From: Octopus vulgaris | Taxonomy: Eukaryota | Assembly: GCA_951406725.2 (NCBI GenBank) | Contig: OX597819.1 | Coordinates: 92,814,001 to 92,878,000, forward strand | Direction: 5' to 3' | DNA: 64,000 nucleotides | Shown here: piece after piece, positions 13,397 to 25,797 of the stretch | How positions within the stretch are numbered: the first letter of the stretch is position 1 | Layout of the letters: the number at the start of each line of letters is the position of its first letter | Translations under genes and position numbers: made by a program | Notes under the pieces: model-generated | Told to the model about the DNA's origin: nothing | The model's database searches: none | Seen by the model: the letters and a program-made list of their open reading frames with translations, nothing else

Positions 13397-13829
13397 AGGC
13401 ACAGGAGTGGCTCTGTGGTAAGTAGCCATAGGCGCAAGAGTGACTCTGCGGTAAGTAGCTTGCTTACCAGCCACATGGTTCCGGGTTCAGTCCCACTGCA
13501 AGTGTCTTCTACTATAGCCTCGGGCCGACCAAAGCCTTGTGAGTAGATTTGGTAGACGGAAACTAAAAGAAACCTGTCTTATATATGTATATGTATAAAT
13601 ATATATATGTGTGTGTCTGTGTCTGTGTTTGCCCCCCTTCACCCAACATCGCTTGACAACCGATGCTGGTGTGTTTACGTCCCCATAACTTAGTGGTTCG
13701 GCAAAAGAGACCGATAGAATAAGTACGAAGCTTCCAAAGAATAAGTCCCGGGGTCGATTTGCTCGACTAAAGGCTTTGCTTCTGCATGGCCGCAGTCAAA
13801 TGACTGAAACAAATATAAGAATAAAAGAG
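13397..13829 (+). mobile_element. Near full-length tRNA-derived SINE with duplicated 33-bp head
   Basis: A/B-box-like head gtggctctgtggtaagtagc..ggttcagtccc, internal TA/TG tract, tail ..gcatggccgcagtcaaatgactgaaac; older copies at 4805, 34885 (-), 55520 and 56430. Confidence 0.88.
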
Positions 13830-14387
13830 TAAACTTACTGAGCTGTAATTGAAGAACTATAACACAATGTAATTATAAGACATCGAAGTTTTCGTAGTTA
13901 ACAGCCTTGAAATACTTGCAGTGTTTTATCTGGTATATGAGATCAACGATGATCTAAAACAGTTTATCTAGTCTGAAAACACTTCCAACCAAATCATCAC
14001 TTGTACTTGAACTTCATTAAGACTATAAATGACGCTTTCGCTAGAAATTTCCTCATCTAATTAATATGTTTCTAGACAAATTGAGAGTGTTTGATGGTTT
14101 CCTTATTTCTTGGACTAATGGAACCCCCCTCCCCCAATTCGATAATGTGGACTTTCTGTATGTATACCTTAATTCTGTCTTACCAGATTCTCTTAAAAAC
14201 ATTGTGTTTCCGGAAAGAATTCACAGGTAGTGGCAATCAAAAACCTAGAAAAATAATGGACGCTAGGAATTAAGTCATTGTTAGCAAATGATATTCTCTA
14301 CAAAGTCAGAAAGGAGGGTTCAGTGTTTCTACGAAACGTCATAAGAGAACTAAGTTAGCCCATTTTGTGGAATTATTTTTATTTGTT

Positions 14388-14812
14388 AAGGCGGCGAGCT
14401 GGCAGAAACGTTAGCACGCCGAGCGAAATGCTCAGCAGTATTTCGTCTGCCACTACGTTCTGAGTTCAAATTCCGCCGAGGTTGACTTTCGGGGTCGATT
14501 AAATAAGTACCAGTTACGCACTGGGGTCGATATAATGGACTGAATCCGTATGTCTGTCCTTGTTTGTCCTCTCTGTGTTTAGTCCCTTGTGGGTAGTAAA
14601 AAATAGGTATTTCGTCTGTCTTTACGTTCTGAGTTCAAATTCCCCCGGGGTCGACTTTGCATTTCATTCTTTCGGGTTCGATAAACTAAGTACCAGCTAC
14701 GTACTGGCGTCGATCTAATCGACTAGCGTTGATCTAATCGACTAGCGTTGATCTAATCGACTGGCCCTCTCTCCCAAAATTTCGAGCCTTGTTCCTAGAG
14801 TAGGAAAGATTA
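14388..14812 (+). mobile_element. tRNA-derived SINE with Meta-like core, dimeric body
   Basis: aggcggcgagctggcagaaacgttagcacgcc head; gtcgactttgc.tttcat.ctttcggg.tcgataaa..aagtaccag core; 19-bp unit x3 at about 14707-14763. Confidence 0.88.
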
Positions 14813-17800
14813 TTGTTATTTGTTACTCTCACAAAAGTACTGCCCCTTTGGCAATGAATTATACAAAGGTGGCGCCCGAAAGATTTCAAACCTATAAACA
14901 GTTATACCATAGATATATTTAGAAACGATCTGTTAGTAATATTCAGAGTTGCATTAGTCATAAACATTAAGCACTAAACAATAATCTCAATATACATAGA
15001 ATTATAATACAGAAAAACAAATCGTCCTTATAGTCCAAGCAATGACACTATATGCATGTACAATATTTAAGTTTCTTCCAGCTGGAATAAGCAGAAAAGT
15101 GGTAGACCCATCCTCGAGAAGGGATATCTTTAACAAGACCACCTGTACTAAAGAATGCACAAGTACGAAGTGGTTTCAGTCACAAATTGATGTATTCTAA
15201 AAATACACATTAAATTGGTACCAAGGTATCATGGTTTAACTCACCATGCATCCTGATCTTTACTACAAACATAGTCGAGAATTTCTAGCACTTGAAAGGT
15301 AATATTTTCTAGCGATTCCCCAGCCGAAAATCCGTTAAAGCACAACTATAAGATTAGCAAATTTGGTTGGAGAATATCGATTTCTCAATCAGATTCTACA
15401 ATCAACGTCATATATCCATACACCTCACTGCAACAGCAGATTCTGACTTTCTAAATTCTTGAAAGATATTGTAAAGAATCGCACAAACTACATTACGTAC
15501 TCTTGCCTGGATTTTCAGCTGTTTAGGTTATAGAATAAGGAAAATTTCACTTCACTGTCCGCCAATAAACTTAGGAACGAAGGATTCTAACTCCTTCCCA
15601 ATACGTAGAGAATTGTCAAGCTAGCCACTCTCTACTTCAAGGGATCAAGAAACTGGAAGACTTATCTAAATAAAGTAGTTAGTGATATTCTTCAATAGTA
15701 CGATTGAAATATTGCCACGTGGAATGTACGTAACTTTTGGCCATTGAGTCATTTCTTGACTCTACGCCGATTGAAAGTAATTAAAATATATATATATATA
15801 TTCTTGTATTAAATTCTATTTGTCATTTTTCTCTATCTAACCAATAGACGCATCACCAAGATGATCTCGGTTTCTTACAGAGCAAATCTGCATTTGCCAA
15901 ATTCACCAAAAAGTAGGTATATCTAAAACGTAGTGTTCAGTCTACTGTCTTGTGTTTATGACTATTGTCTTTGTGATGGAAATGCAATAAATTTCGGGAG
16001 AAAAAATACATTGTATACAAAACATATGACAATCATCAATTGAATTTGGAACATATATTTTTTTCTCCAAGAGAAAATTTACCCTCGCTGCAAGCTACTA
16101 GCTTTAATTTTACACAAAAGAAACGAACGATGCAATAGTCGGAACGAATCGAAAGTGATAGGCAGCGACCGCGAACCACGATACAATTGGGAACTATTAA
16201 GTGCTGAAATATACTTCCATAAGAACAAGAACATTATGTGTAGGTTAAGACGCACATTTGTTACACAAAACATCTTATTTCGTCCAAATACGAGGTGAAT
16301 TTATCCTCATGCACTCTATAATACATTCAAGATGTGTTAAAAGATGCTTTAGATCGATGGCTGTTGCAAATATGATAGGAATAAACGAATTTGTGATAAA
16401 ATAAGAAATGCTGTTATTCCACGTAAAGCAGATGTGACAGATACCTTCAGGAGTCAGTTTCTGCAAGTGGATATGGCTTGTATATTTGTATGCTTGTAAT
16501 TATATAAGCCTGAATACCTAAGATACATATTTAAAACTATACAAAATAGTGTTCTCCTGTAGGTGCAAAAACAAAACAAATGAATAATTCAAATGCTTGG
16601 TGTAAAAACTTTTCTGAACCTTCTCACTTCTAATATTGGATTTTGACTACAACTTACTGACAATTCTTCTTCACATAGTTCAGGGAATACTTTTGGCGCC
16701 GTGTTGTTCAAGAACCAAAAAAGTATTTGATTCAAGCAGAAAGAAACATCCCACAAAGTGAGAACCAATCAAATTTGAACCTTTCCCATGTTAAACCCAA
16801 TAAATGCAAGATGTTTGTTTCCCCGAATTTTCTAAACAAATCATCTTCTCACTCACTTTCCTCACCAATGGTCAGGGATCACTGTCATCCTCACACGCGA
16901 TGTACAAACAACATAAATTTATACAAAATTGAATCGCGAACGTTTGTAGATGTGTGTGTATATGTGCGCGTGTGTATGTGTAGATGTGTGTGTACGTGTT
17001 TGTGTATGTGTATGTGTGTTTACGTGTGTGTACGAGTTTGTGTATTTTTATTCCTTAGTTAAAAAAATAAGTATATATTCATATAATATTGGTAAGCTAT
17101 AATCATTGCTGAATGTTGAACTGAAAACGTTAATTCAATATGCTATAGTCTCTTTGTAATCGTTTATTTGTATTTATTTTATGCATCATGCATTTACTGT
17201 ATGTTTCAAAATTCATAAACGTTGATAGCTTTCTTTTTGTCTATGTATAATGCAGATTATTTTAAAGTTGCAATATAGAGTAATAAATATAAAGCTGATG
17301 CAGATATATAGTTATGTGTTCCTATTTTTTCTGTTGCTATTTTTCTGTTGTAGTTTTCTTGTAGTAATATAATCAGTAGTGGTGATTTTGTTTTATTTGG
17401 CTTCGCGAGACCAACAATCATAAAATAAAATATAATACACGGGTTTTCGAAAGAACTGGCTGAAATATTGCCTGACTACAAGTGGAAATAACATAATCCG
17501 AAAGGCAATACTATTCAAAAAACATTGATCACTGATGCAGTAGTGGAAGGATGATTATCGAAAAAAAAAATCTTAGAGATATATAAAGGAAGGTATTTTA
17601 GACATATCAGAGATCAACAATATGGAAGTTAGGAACATGTGTGAAACAATGTGGGAGGTGTGAGATTGATTGCTATCAGAATGCTTACAACAGCTGAAAT
17701 TGAAATGATGTATGAAAGCTTAAAGGGGAAAACAATCCACAGCAGTGAAATAGTCATGTCCGAAATTAGGACGGGTTAATGCGCTCAACGTCAAGTAAAT

Positions 17801-17844
17801 TTGTACAACTTGCATTGACATAATTTTGTTGTGAAACTGCCGTG

Positions 17845-18100
17845 AAGGCGCATGGCTCAGTGGTTAAAGTGCTGTGATTAACAGAGTTCGATTATTGAAC
17901 GAAATCATGTGCTGTGCCTTTTAGCAAAGTTTAATATTTCATGTTAGCTTTCAGTCTGTTTGCTTGAAAATGAGTAGCAGATTGAAAAGTACTCTCTCAT
18001 GGACTGGAGTTTTGTTCAATAGGAGTGTTCTATACTCTCAATCGTAAACGTATCTTTGTAATCCGGATAAGGCAAGTCTTCGTGAGCCTTTAGGTGCGTA
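17845..18100 (+). mobile_element. Old tRNA-derived SINE
   Basis: gaaggcgcatggctcagtggtt A-box, gttcgatt B-box; resembles the head of the 33899 family. Confidence 0.55.
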
Positions 18101-18653
18101 GTAGAACGAAAATTACTTACTAAGAAATATATGCAAATAACGTGTGTGCATTGCTGCTCTTGTAGTTATGATAGTTAAGAAACGGGTCAGCTATCATTGA
18201 GAGCTTACGGTCAAGTCACGTATTCATTGCATTAGAAACGCCCATTTGTTACATTGATCTGTTCTAAAGGAAGAGGCTGTGGTCATTTCCTTTGCAGGCT
18301 TTCTGGTCCCAGGATGATCGATGTGGTTAAATGATCACGAGCAACTCATGTCCAAAGTATAGTAGAAAGTCTATCTTTTAGGGTGGAAGGTATGGGTAGT
18401 ATGCCCGGGTCTCCCTTCACAAAAGGTCTAAGGCGATGCAATGCGGCTGGCGAGAGAGGAAAACACAAGGGCTCTGTAGTTGGCACTAAACCAACCAAAT
18501 CCATCTAGTAGAGATCAGTTTAGTACGTAAGAAAAATATAGCAGAAGTGGCAAAACGTCCGTGGGCCATAGTGGACTGTGCTGCTGAATGATATGATATT
18601 AATCAGTCGAATGACCTCCCTGTAAGTACAGTCATGATGTATGGCGGATATAT

Positions 18654-19700
18654 ATGTTCAGCAACATCCTAGATGTGAAGAAGATGAAGTTGGTTGCAAA
18701 ACTCTACAGGATAGACGACTTAGCGAGTTTTATATCGCTGTATGGTTCGGCGTTGGCGCTATACCTAGAAATGGAAGAAAGGGACCAACTAAGCGCGGAA
18801 AAAATAGAAATCCGGTTGATGGTAGCCTTTGCAGAAGGAATGTTCGAAGCGTACACTCTCCTGGGGAAAGCAAAGTGGACCGGCGAACAGGTCGACGTAT
18901 TTGCCAACGAACTCAGGAGATTGGCTAAACTGGCGGGATATGAAGGCGAATCACTGGACCGAACGGTTACGTTGGCGTTTGTGACTGGCCTTCCTGACCA
19001 TATGTCGGTCGAATTGCAAAAGCTGCCGAACGTTAACTCTATGGCGATGGCAGACATTATATCTCGGACTCGCTTGCTACTTTCGTGTTGCAGGACGACG
19101 CCAGTAGCAGCGACTGCAACAACGAAAAGTGGCTGAGCAAGGAGTAGCGGAGAGGGGTCAAACAAGGAACGTGTGCGACCAATCAAAGGACAGCGTTTCC
19201 GGTGTCAGGGCCCGCACATGGTGCGAGACTGCACGTCTCCCAAGCCTGAGATAATTTGCTACCGATGTCGCGAAACAGGACATATAGCCAGCGAATGTCT
19301 GCAGGGAAACGGTCTAAGAGAGACTACTAGTTATCCCTTCGGATCAATAAAGGCGTGTTTATCGTTACCTGTAGTCGAAATTCTGGTGGAGGGGAAGATG
19401 TCGTGAGCCCTTGTGGACACAGGCTGTACGACGACCCTGATGACTCCAAAAGTAGTAGAGACGTGAAGTGGAGTAGAGGCGTGAAGTGTAAGGGCAGTCG
19501 ATGGAAGAGAGGTACACTATGAAGGCATTACAGATGCGAAGATTGTGGTGCAGTTGGCCGCTTGGTGGGCGAGATTGACGTGATGATGGGGATGGATGCA
19601 ATCACCCGTTTAGGAGGTGTCACTGTCAACGTGGCCGGTGTAACGTTCGGGGTTGCGGGGAAACCGTGTATGGCGAGACTGTGCATTGGTGAGATTGAAT
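18654..19700 (+). mobile_element. Gypsy/Ty3-like LTR retrotransposon gag-protease remnant
   Basis: Gag ORF 18654-19136 (GEQVDVFANELRRLA, AFVTGLP); knuckles FRCQGPHMVRDC and CYRCRETGHIASEC; protease ALVDTGCTTT at about 19407. Confidence 0.88.
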
Positions 19701-20487
19701 GAAATCAATAATTGAAAATAATCACATCTTTGGCAATAACTTATATTTACAAATGAAATGAATATTAAAGGGGAAGACAGTACCCTCTGCATATGCAACG
19801 TTCATAATGGGTTTCTTAGAGGATAGAATCTGTTCCCAGCTACTAGAAACTGTCAACCAACATATCTCCATTTACATGAAGAACAATTGCAACAAGTATT
19901 TTCTTTTTCGGAAAAAAGATCATAATCACCTAGCAATCTTCCATCGCCTTCTAAATAGGTTAGGCACCATAATAAAATTTGCAATGGAATGGTACGCAAG
20001 GATCTACCATTTCTTATATACTTGTAATCAAAGATGAAAACAATACTAAGACAGATCTTTTTTATAAAGCAACACACACAGAAACCAGTACTTGAATTTT
20101 CACTCTTCTCATGCCTTACATACAAATGTGTGCATTGGGTAAATAATCACGTGGCTATAAGATGCTGGTTTAATGCCATGTCTTTTACCGAGCATAAGAG
20201 CTTGCAGGAAAAATATATAGCGGAATTCGACAGTTAAAACTCAATGTGGCAAACGTTATAAACTTGCAGTTAGATTTATTGTTACAGTTAAACAAATTAA
20301 TAATAAAACTGTTACGCGTTAATTGTACATGGCTCAATTTGTAAATCCGGGTTTCATGAAGCCCAGAGTATCATTTTGGCCCTGGCCGCAGCTAATCTAG
20401 TATAACATATATATTGTTTCTCATCCTACTAATAGCCACTATTTTCTTTCTTTTGTTTATTACCATAAACATACATGCATATATATT

Positions 20488-20555
<68 letters not shown>

Positions 20556-20595
20556 GAGAAAGAGATAATGAGAGATAAATACATAGAAAGATAGC

Positions 20596-20645
<50 letters not shown>

Positions 20646-21029
20646 AAATATATATATATACTGACAATTTTCTCTATATATGTACATTCGCCAATTTATG
20701 TATGCAAATAGAATTTTAAAATTGGTATTGATTAAATCTCTTCAGAAATTTAATATCGAATCCTCACAACATATGAAAAAACCTATATATAAGTCTGTCT
20801 GTGTGAGCTGCGGAACTTTTTCTTGTTTTGATTCATGTATTCTCTGACAAATACACATGTTCTTTATGTAGCTATATATATATGGGAAATGATTATCAGG
20901 TATCCTGATAACGTGGCCAACCCATATTTGTAGGCGGTGTTGGATGATGTCTTCGAAACCGGAGATTTATTCTTGCTGGAAAACTTGTGTGCAGGGGACT
21001 TGTCTTTACAGGCAATGCGTAAAATGCAA

Positions 21030-21360
21030 TTATCAGGATGCCTGATAATCGTCTACCGAAAATGGTCCACTTCGGAAAGCCATCAGTAGTCGGTCAAATG
21101 GAGAGGTTCAGGGACCATTTAAACTCAACCCCTGCAGCATTCAACCGACACAACTTGAACACTTTCCTTGGAACCAGAATGCATGGCGCTCTCTCTGCAA
21201 ACTTCGAATTAAACCGATGTGAGACACTTGAGGAAAAGAGACCTCAACCTCATTTCAGACTCACCAACAAAAAAATGGGTAAATTACCTTGTCATCTGTA
21301 TTCAAGGACATGCCATTCTGGTATCGGGTTGTTTTCACATGTATCAACTCACAAAATTCA
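21030..21360 (+). mobile_element. RTE-clade LINE 3' end
   Basis: RMPDNRLPK..FG, GQ..RFRDHL, terminal C..SRTCHSGIGLFSH..TH followed by (CA)n. Confidence 0.8.
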
Positions 21361-22102
21361 ACACACACTCACACACACACACACACACGAATATATATAT
21401 ATTATCAAAAGAAATTACTGCAAATAATTATATCAACTTAAATACTGCAATTCAGAACACACACTCTTTCTCTTACGTTTAATATCTTTCATCATGAGCG
21501 TTTGAAATTTCTTGAGATTATTCCACAGAAATGAGAATAACATATCACCTAAAATTTTACTTTCAATACATCATTCTATGGTATTCAGCCTAAGATGCAT
21601 TCATGAGACGCTAATTGTGTCGCAACCTTCGTTCCACAAGCATAAAGAATTGGCGAACAAGATAACGTAGTTTATGGATTTCGAATATAATCAATTATTG
21701 AGTTAAATATTTCAAGAGTGAATGCCTCAGAGTTTATCTTAATCATACTTCTTGCCTGAAACCAAATCCACAGCTACACGGGGAAAAGGGGCATCTTCTT
21801 TTATATCTCTGCATCTATAGATCCCTATGTATACACACATACAAGAATACATACATACATACATACATACAAACAAAATACCCAGTTGTTAATGTTGAAA
21901 TTCCAATGAATCAAGATTAGAAACCGGCTCTTTCACTATTGGCAAGAAATCTTGAAATAAAACTGAACAATGTGGTACTTATACACACACACACATACAT
22001 GTATATATATATATATATATACATTTACACATACATACATATACATGTATATACGGGTACAGGACACCACGAACGGGGCAAACAATAATCCCCCCTCTCA
22101 CA

Positions 22103-22139
<37 letters not shown>

Positions 22140-22142
<3 letters not shown>

Positions 22143-22711
22143 CAATAATAAAAGGGTAAAATTAATTAATTATTAATTAATTTTAGCAAGTAGTGTTCAG
22201 TATGTAAAAAGACCATTTACGGTATATTTAAAACATTACGTTATATAATTAGGGTTCAGTAAAATAATTTACTTTACCACACACCGAATTTTAGAAATAG
22301 CAGCCAAAAAATCTTAGCTATTTCTTCTACTATAATAAAAATCTCCCAGACAATGCATACTCAAAAATAATTCACACAGGTATAGATGGTTTGTCTGGGA
22401 TTACTCATATCAGACGGGTACGTTCGATTTTTAGTGCTCTCAAATCGAAATCAAAAGAAATCTTTGAGCTGACGAAGGAAATGTTGATCTTTATATTCAA
22501 CTAATCCAGAAACGGCCGTTCTCAAGTAATCTTATGTACGTGTGATCTTTCGTTGTTTTTCTCTCTATACCTGTGTGAATTATTTTCGAGTATGCATTGT
22601 CTGGGAGATTTTTCTTATAGTAGAAGAAATAGCTAAGATTTTTTGGCTGCTATTTCTAAAAGTTCGGTGTGTGGTAAAGTAAATTATTTTACTGAACCCT
22701 AATTCTATAAC

Positions 22712-22714
<3 letters not shown>
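22140..22714. mobile_element. Fold-back PLE-type terminus between (TA)n tracts; about 150-bp inverted arms at 22237-22386 and 22564-22714
   Basis: Arms are reverse complements with few mismatches and one indel; hammerhead in the spacer. Confidence 0.85.
22464..22525 (+). ncRNA. Type I hammerhead ribozyme motif
   Basis: ttgag-CTGACGA-[agga..gttga/tcaac..tcca]-GAAA-CGGCCG-TT-ctcaa; stem I ttgag/ctcaa; palindromic stem III. Confidence 0.78.
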
Positions 22715-22772
<58 letters not shown>

Positions 22773-23378
22773 TAAGATAGAGTCAACAAAATGGAGTACT
22801 GTTGGACAGTTTGTTTTTAAATACTACAAATGTTTCCGCACAACATATTTTTTCATATATACAGGTATTTGATCATGCAACCGTTTACCTGTATTATGGG
22901 ACTCAGTTGTTTTTCCTTAGGTCACCGTTAGTTAAAACACCTTCGACGTCGTTCCTAACACATCCATCTGCCTTGTTGTAATTTAGTAGATGTTGGCAGG
23001 TAGATTCTACTTGCTGTTAATGTGCTTCTGCGTGCCTAATATGAATGGTATTGGATATATTGGATGTTTATTTTGGTACTATCCGATTTTTTACCTGTTC
23101 CTCATGTTAGGCTGCACATGTGAAATTTTATTATCCGATTTTCGGTACTTGGTGATCCAGAGACACACATAGCTTCCCTCACACACATATATTCATGTAC
23201 AATGACGTACATACGTATATACGCATGTAAGTAATTGTGTATGTATGAAGGTATCTGTGAGTGTATCTGTGTATGTATATGGGCATGTACACATGAACAC
23301 ATGTCGGGGAGGCTTTGCTGTGTCTCTGGACCACCGAATACTGAAAGTCGGATAGTAAATTTTCTCATGTGCAGCATA

Positions 23379-23422
<44 letters not shown>

Positions 23423-23571
23423 TGAGACACAAACGCGCGCACACACACAATCACTCATACATATATATTATGTATATATCTTATATATATATGTTCAATA
23501 TGTGACCTCGTGAATACCTCTGGCGATTTTTTTCGTCTGTCATCCCTTCTCGGGATCTTTTCTTCTTCTAT

Positions 23572-23606
23572 GTTTCCGACGAAGAGCTCCGCCCGAAACG
23601 TTAAAC
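23572..23606 (+). ncRNA. Minimal hammerhead motif in a PLE-type terminus (about 23510-23714)
   Basis: gttt-CCGACGA-A-GAGC tcc GCCC-GAAA-CG-TT-aaac; ACGT palindrome; about 110 nt upstream of (TA)n. Confidence 0.62.
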
Positions 23607-23708
23607 CCTCCTTCTTCCCTTCTTTCCTAAGCGTCCAATAATACTTTATTTATTCCACGTCCTCGCGTTGCTGTGTTTTTTTGTTTTTTTGTGTTTTCTT
23701 GTTTGGAT

Positions 23709-23799
<91 letters not shown>

Positions 23800-23917
23800 A
23801 TGCATATACACAGCAATAATAGCAGCAATATCACGATCGATTCGCCTAATTCCACCCTAGCTACTACCAGCACTACCTCATCTCTCTCTCCAACTAACCA
23901 CCAAGGAACCGATTAAC

Positions 23918-25387
23918 TGCAATTGCATATCCCGGACAGTTTGCCCGCTGCAAGCCCAATGCAGAAGATTCAACGTCGTATAGCGATGCACTGTTCACAA
24001 CATGGTCGATAATTCCAATTGCTACTACATTGGTTCTAGCACCGATTTTTGAACAAAGGTATTACGCACATTGAAGCTCGTTTAAATATAAGAATAGTAA
24101 TCCCACATCACTAGCCAGCCACATACAACATCTTATTTATAGAAAAATACATTATTAACTTTTCTGGGCTATAATAGACGAGGGTACTTCATATCAGAGC
24201 CACCACTCTAGTTGCAGACTTTGCTTAAAAGAAGCTCTCAAAATTCTAACCCACAACTCACCACAGATGCTTAATAAATACGAGGTCTTCACTATTGTAA
24301 GCGCAAATTCTTCTGCACTTTTATATTCTTTCATAAATCTATATATATGCACACCCCCTTTTATAGTACCCACCTACATATCCCTATGATCATTAACGCA
24401 TACCCCTTCTATATCTCTATAACTCTTATTTCTTACCTCATATCTATCTACCGTATCTCATCACACTATAAGATTAATCTTTTAATTTATTTTAAACCTT
24501 AACCCCCAAAATCCCCTAATATAAATCTCTAACTCTAACTCCCACTCATAAATAATTTAATATTCAACTAGCTCTCCCTTTCTCGACCACCTACGCACAC
24601 ACAGCCCCATTGCTAAAAATAACCCTACAGCCACTGACCTTAGCCAAGACTGATACAAGCTATTACTACCAAATTTCCTCCCCAACAACTTTAGACTTTG
24701 AAACTCCCAGACATCTATTACTCTCTTTAAATTCCTTTCATTTCGCTCTATTTTTTTTACCCTATCTTCCTCTACCTCCTCATCCTCTTTCTTATCTTCT
24801 CGGCTACCCCATATATAATTCTTAGACACCATACACATACACACATTACTTTAATCAACTAGCCAATCCTTAAAATCCTCCCTATCCCACTCTATCTACC
24901 CCTCTTTCTATTTCTTTTCTTTTCTCTACTTTGACCACTTAACAGACACATCTGCCACCATTCTGTTATTGAACATTGATATGTTCGCGTCTTTTTCTTG
25001 GAATATCTAATATATATGCACTTTAACCCACATGGATATACGCAGGATTGCACCTAAAGACTTATACTCAAGGATATACATAGGATTCTGCCTAAGGTCT
25101 CATGCTTTGGTTTCAATAACTTCAGAAATTTGAACTATGAACTTTTTATGCCTCTTTTTCTTCTCTTTCCATCTGTTTATTCTTTTACTCCCTTCCTTTA
25201 TGTTATCATCTTATTGATATATACCTTTCTCATTTTCCATATTTTCCCCAATTTGTCTCTGATGACGGAATATTCCATACTCGAGGATATCCCAGGAAGA
25301 CCTGTAGGATTTCGAATTTCTTCCTGTGATAAAATTGTATATGACTTGAGATGTTTGCCTTAATGTTTGACGTCCTGTTTAACAATT

Positions 25388-25390
<3 letters not shown>
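23918..25390 (+). mobile_element. 5'-truncated Penelope-like element: Cys linker, GIY-YIG, long 3' UTR, degenerate hammerhead at about 25254-25317
   Basis: CNC.....CPLQAQC..FNVV*RCTV, CYYIGSSTDF, TSLASHI, CRLCLKEALKIL; tgtct-CTGATGA..GGAA..GTA; ends at (CA)n(TA)n. Confidence 0.8.
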
Positions 25391-25442
<52 letters not shown>

Positions 25443-25594
25443 ATTGTTAAACATATATATTGTTAATATATATATATTAATAAAAGGAATTCCGACCTTG
25501 CCTGATTTTCACGTTTTATTTACAATCTAATAATGATATAAGATAATATAATAAAATAAAATAAAATAATAGAATGTTAAATGTTCTTTCTGAT

Positions 25595-25640
25595 TGAACT
25601 AGTACTTTCATGCATTAAAATCTGCAATCTTCAGTGTTCA
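25595..25640 (-). ncRNA. Minimal hammerhead motif
   Basis: Minus strand: tgaac-a-CTGAAGA-ttgca gattttaa tgcat-GAAA-GTAC-TA-gttca; AGTACT palindrome; points toward the (TA)n at about 25470. Confidence 0.65.
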
Positions 25641-25758
25641 TGTATTAGTGGTGACAGTCATGCTTCACAATTTTTGATATATAAATCCTTAAATTCTTAA
25701 AAATGTTTCAGCCCGAAGGCTGCGACCTTGCTGGGGCACCACCGTATATATATATATA

Positions 25759-25797
<39 letters not shown>

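Larger units (their letters stand above)
12950..15700 (+). mobile_element. Possible ancient RLE-type non-LTR retrotransposon remnant, split by two SINEs
   Basis: Ordered faint motifs: DDL (about 13950), QKGGFSV (about 14310), WIFSCLG (about 15510), LQGSRNW (about 15640); many stops. Confidence 0.25.

Noticed and set aside
20346-20400. Hairpin followed by CTAG, Helitron-like 3' end
   Set aside because: No matching 5' TC terminus identified and spacing atypical
21900-21935. CCAATGA..GAAACCGG motif
   Set aside because: Core mismatched and no stem I or II
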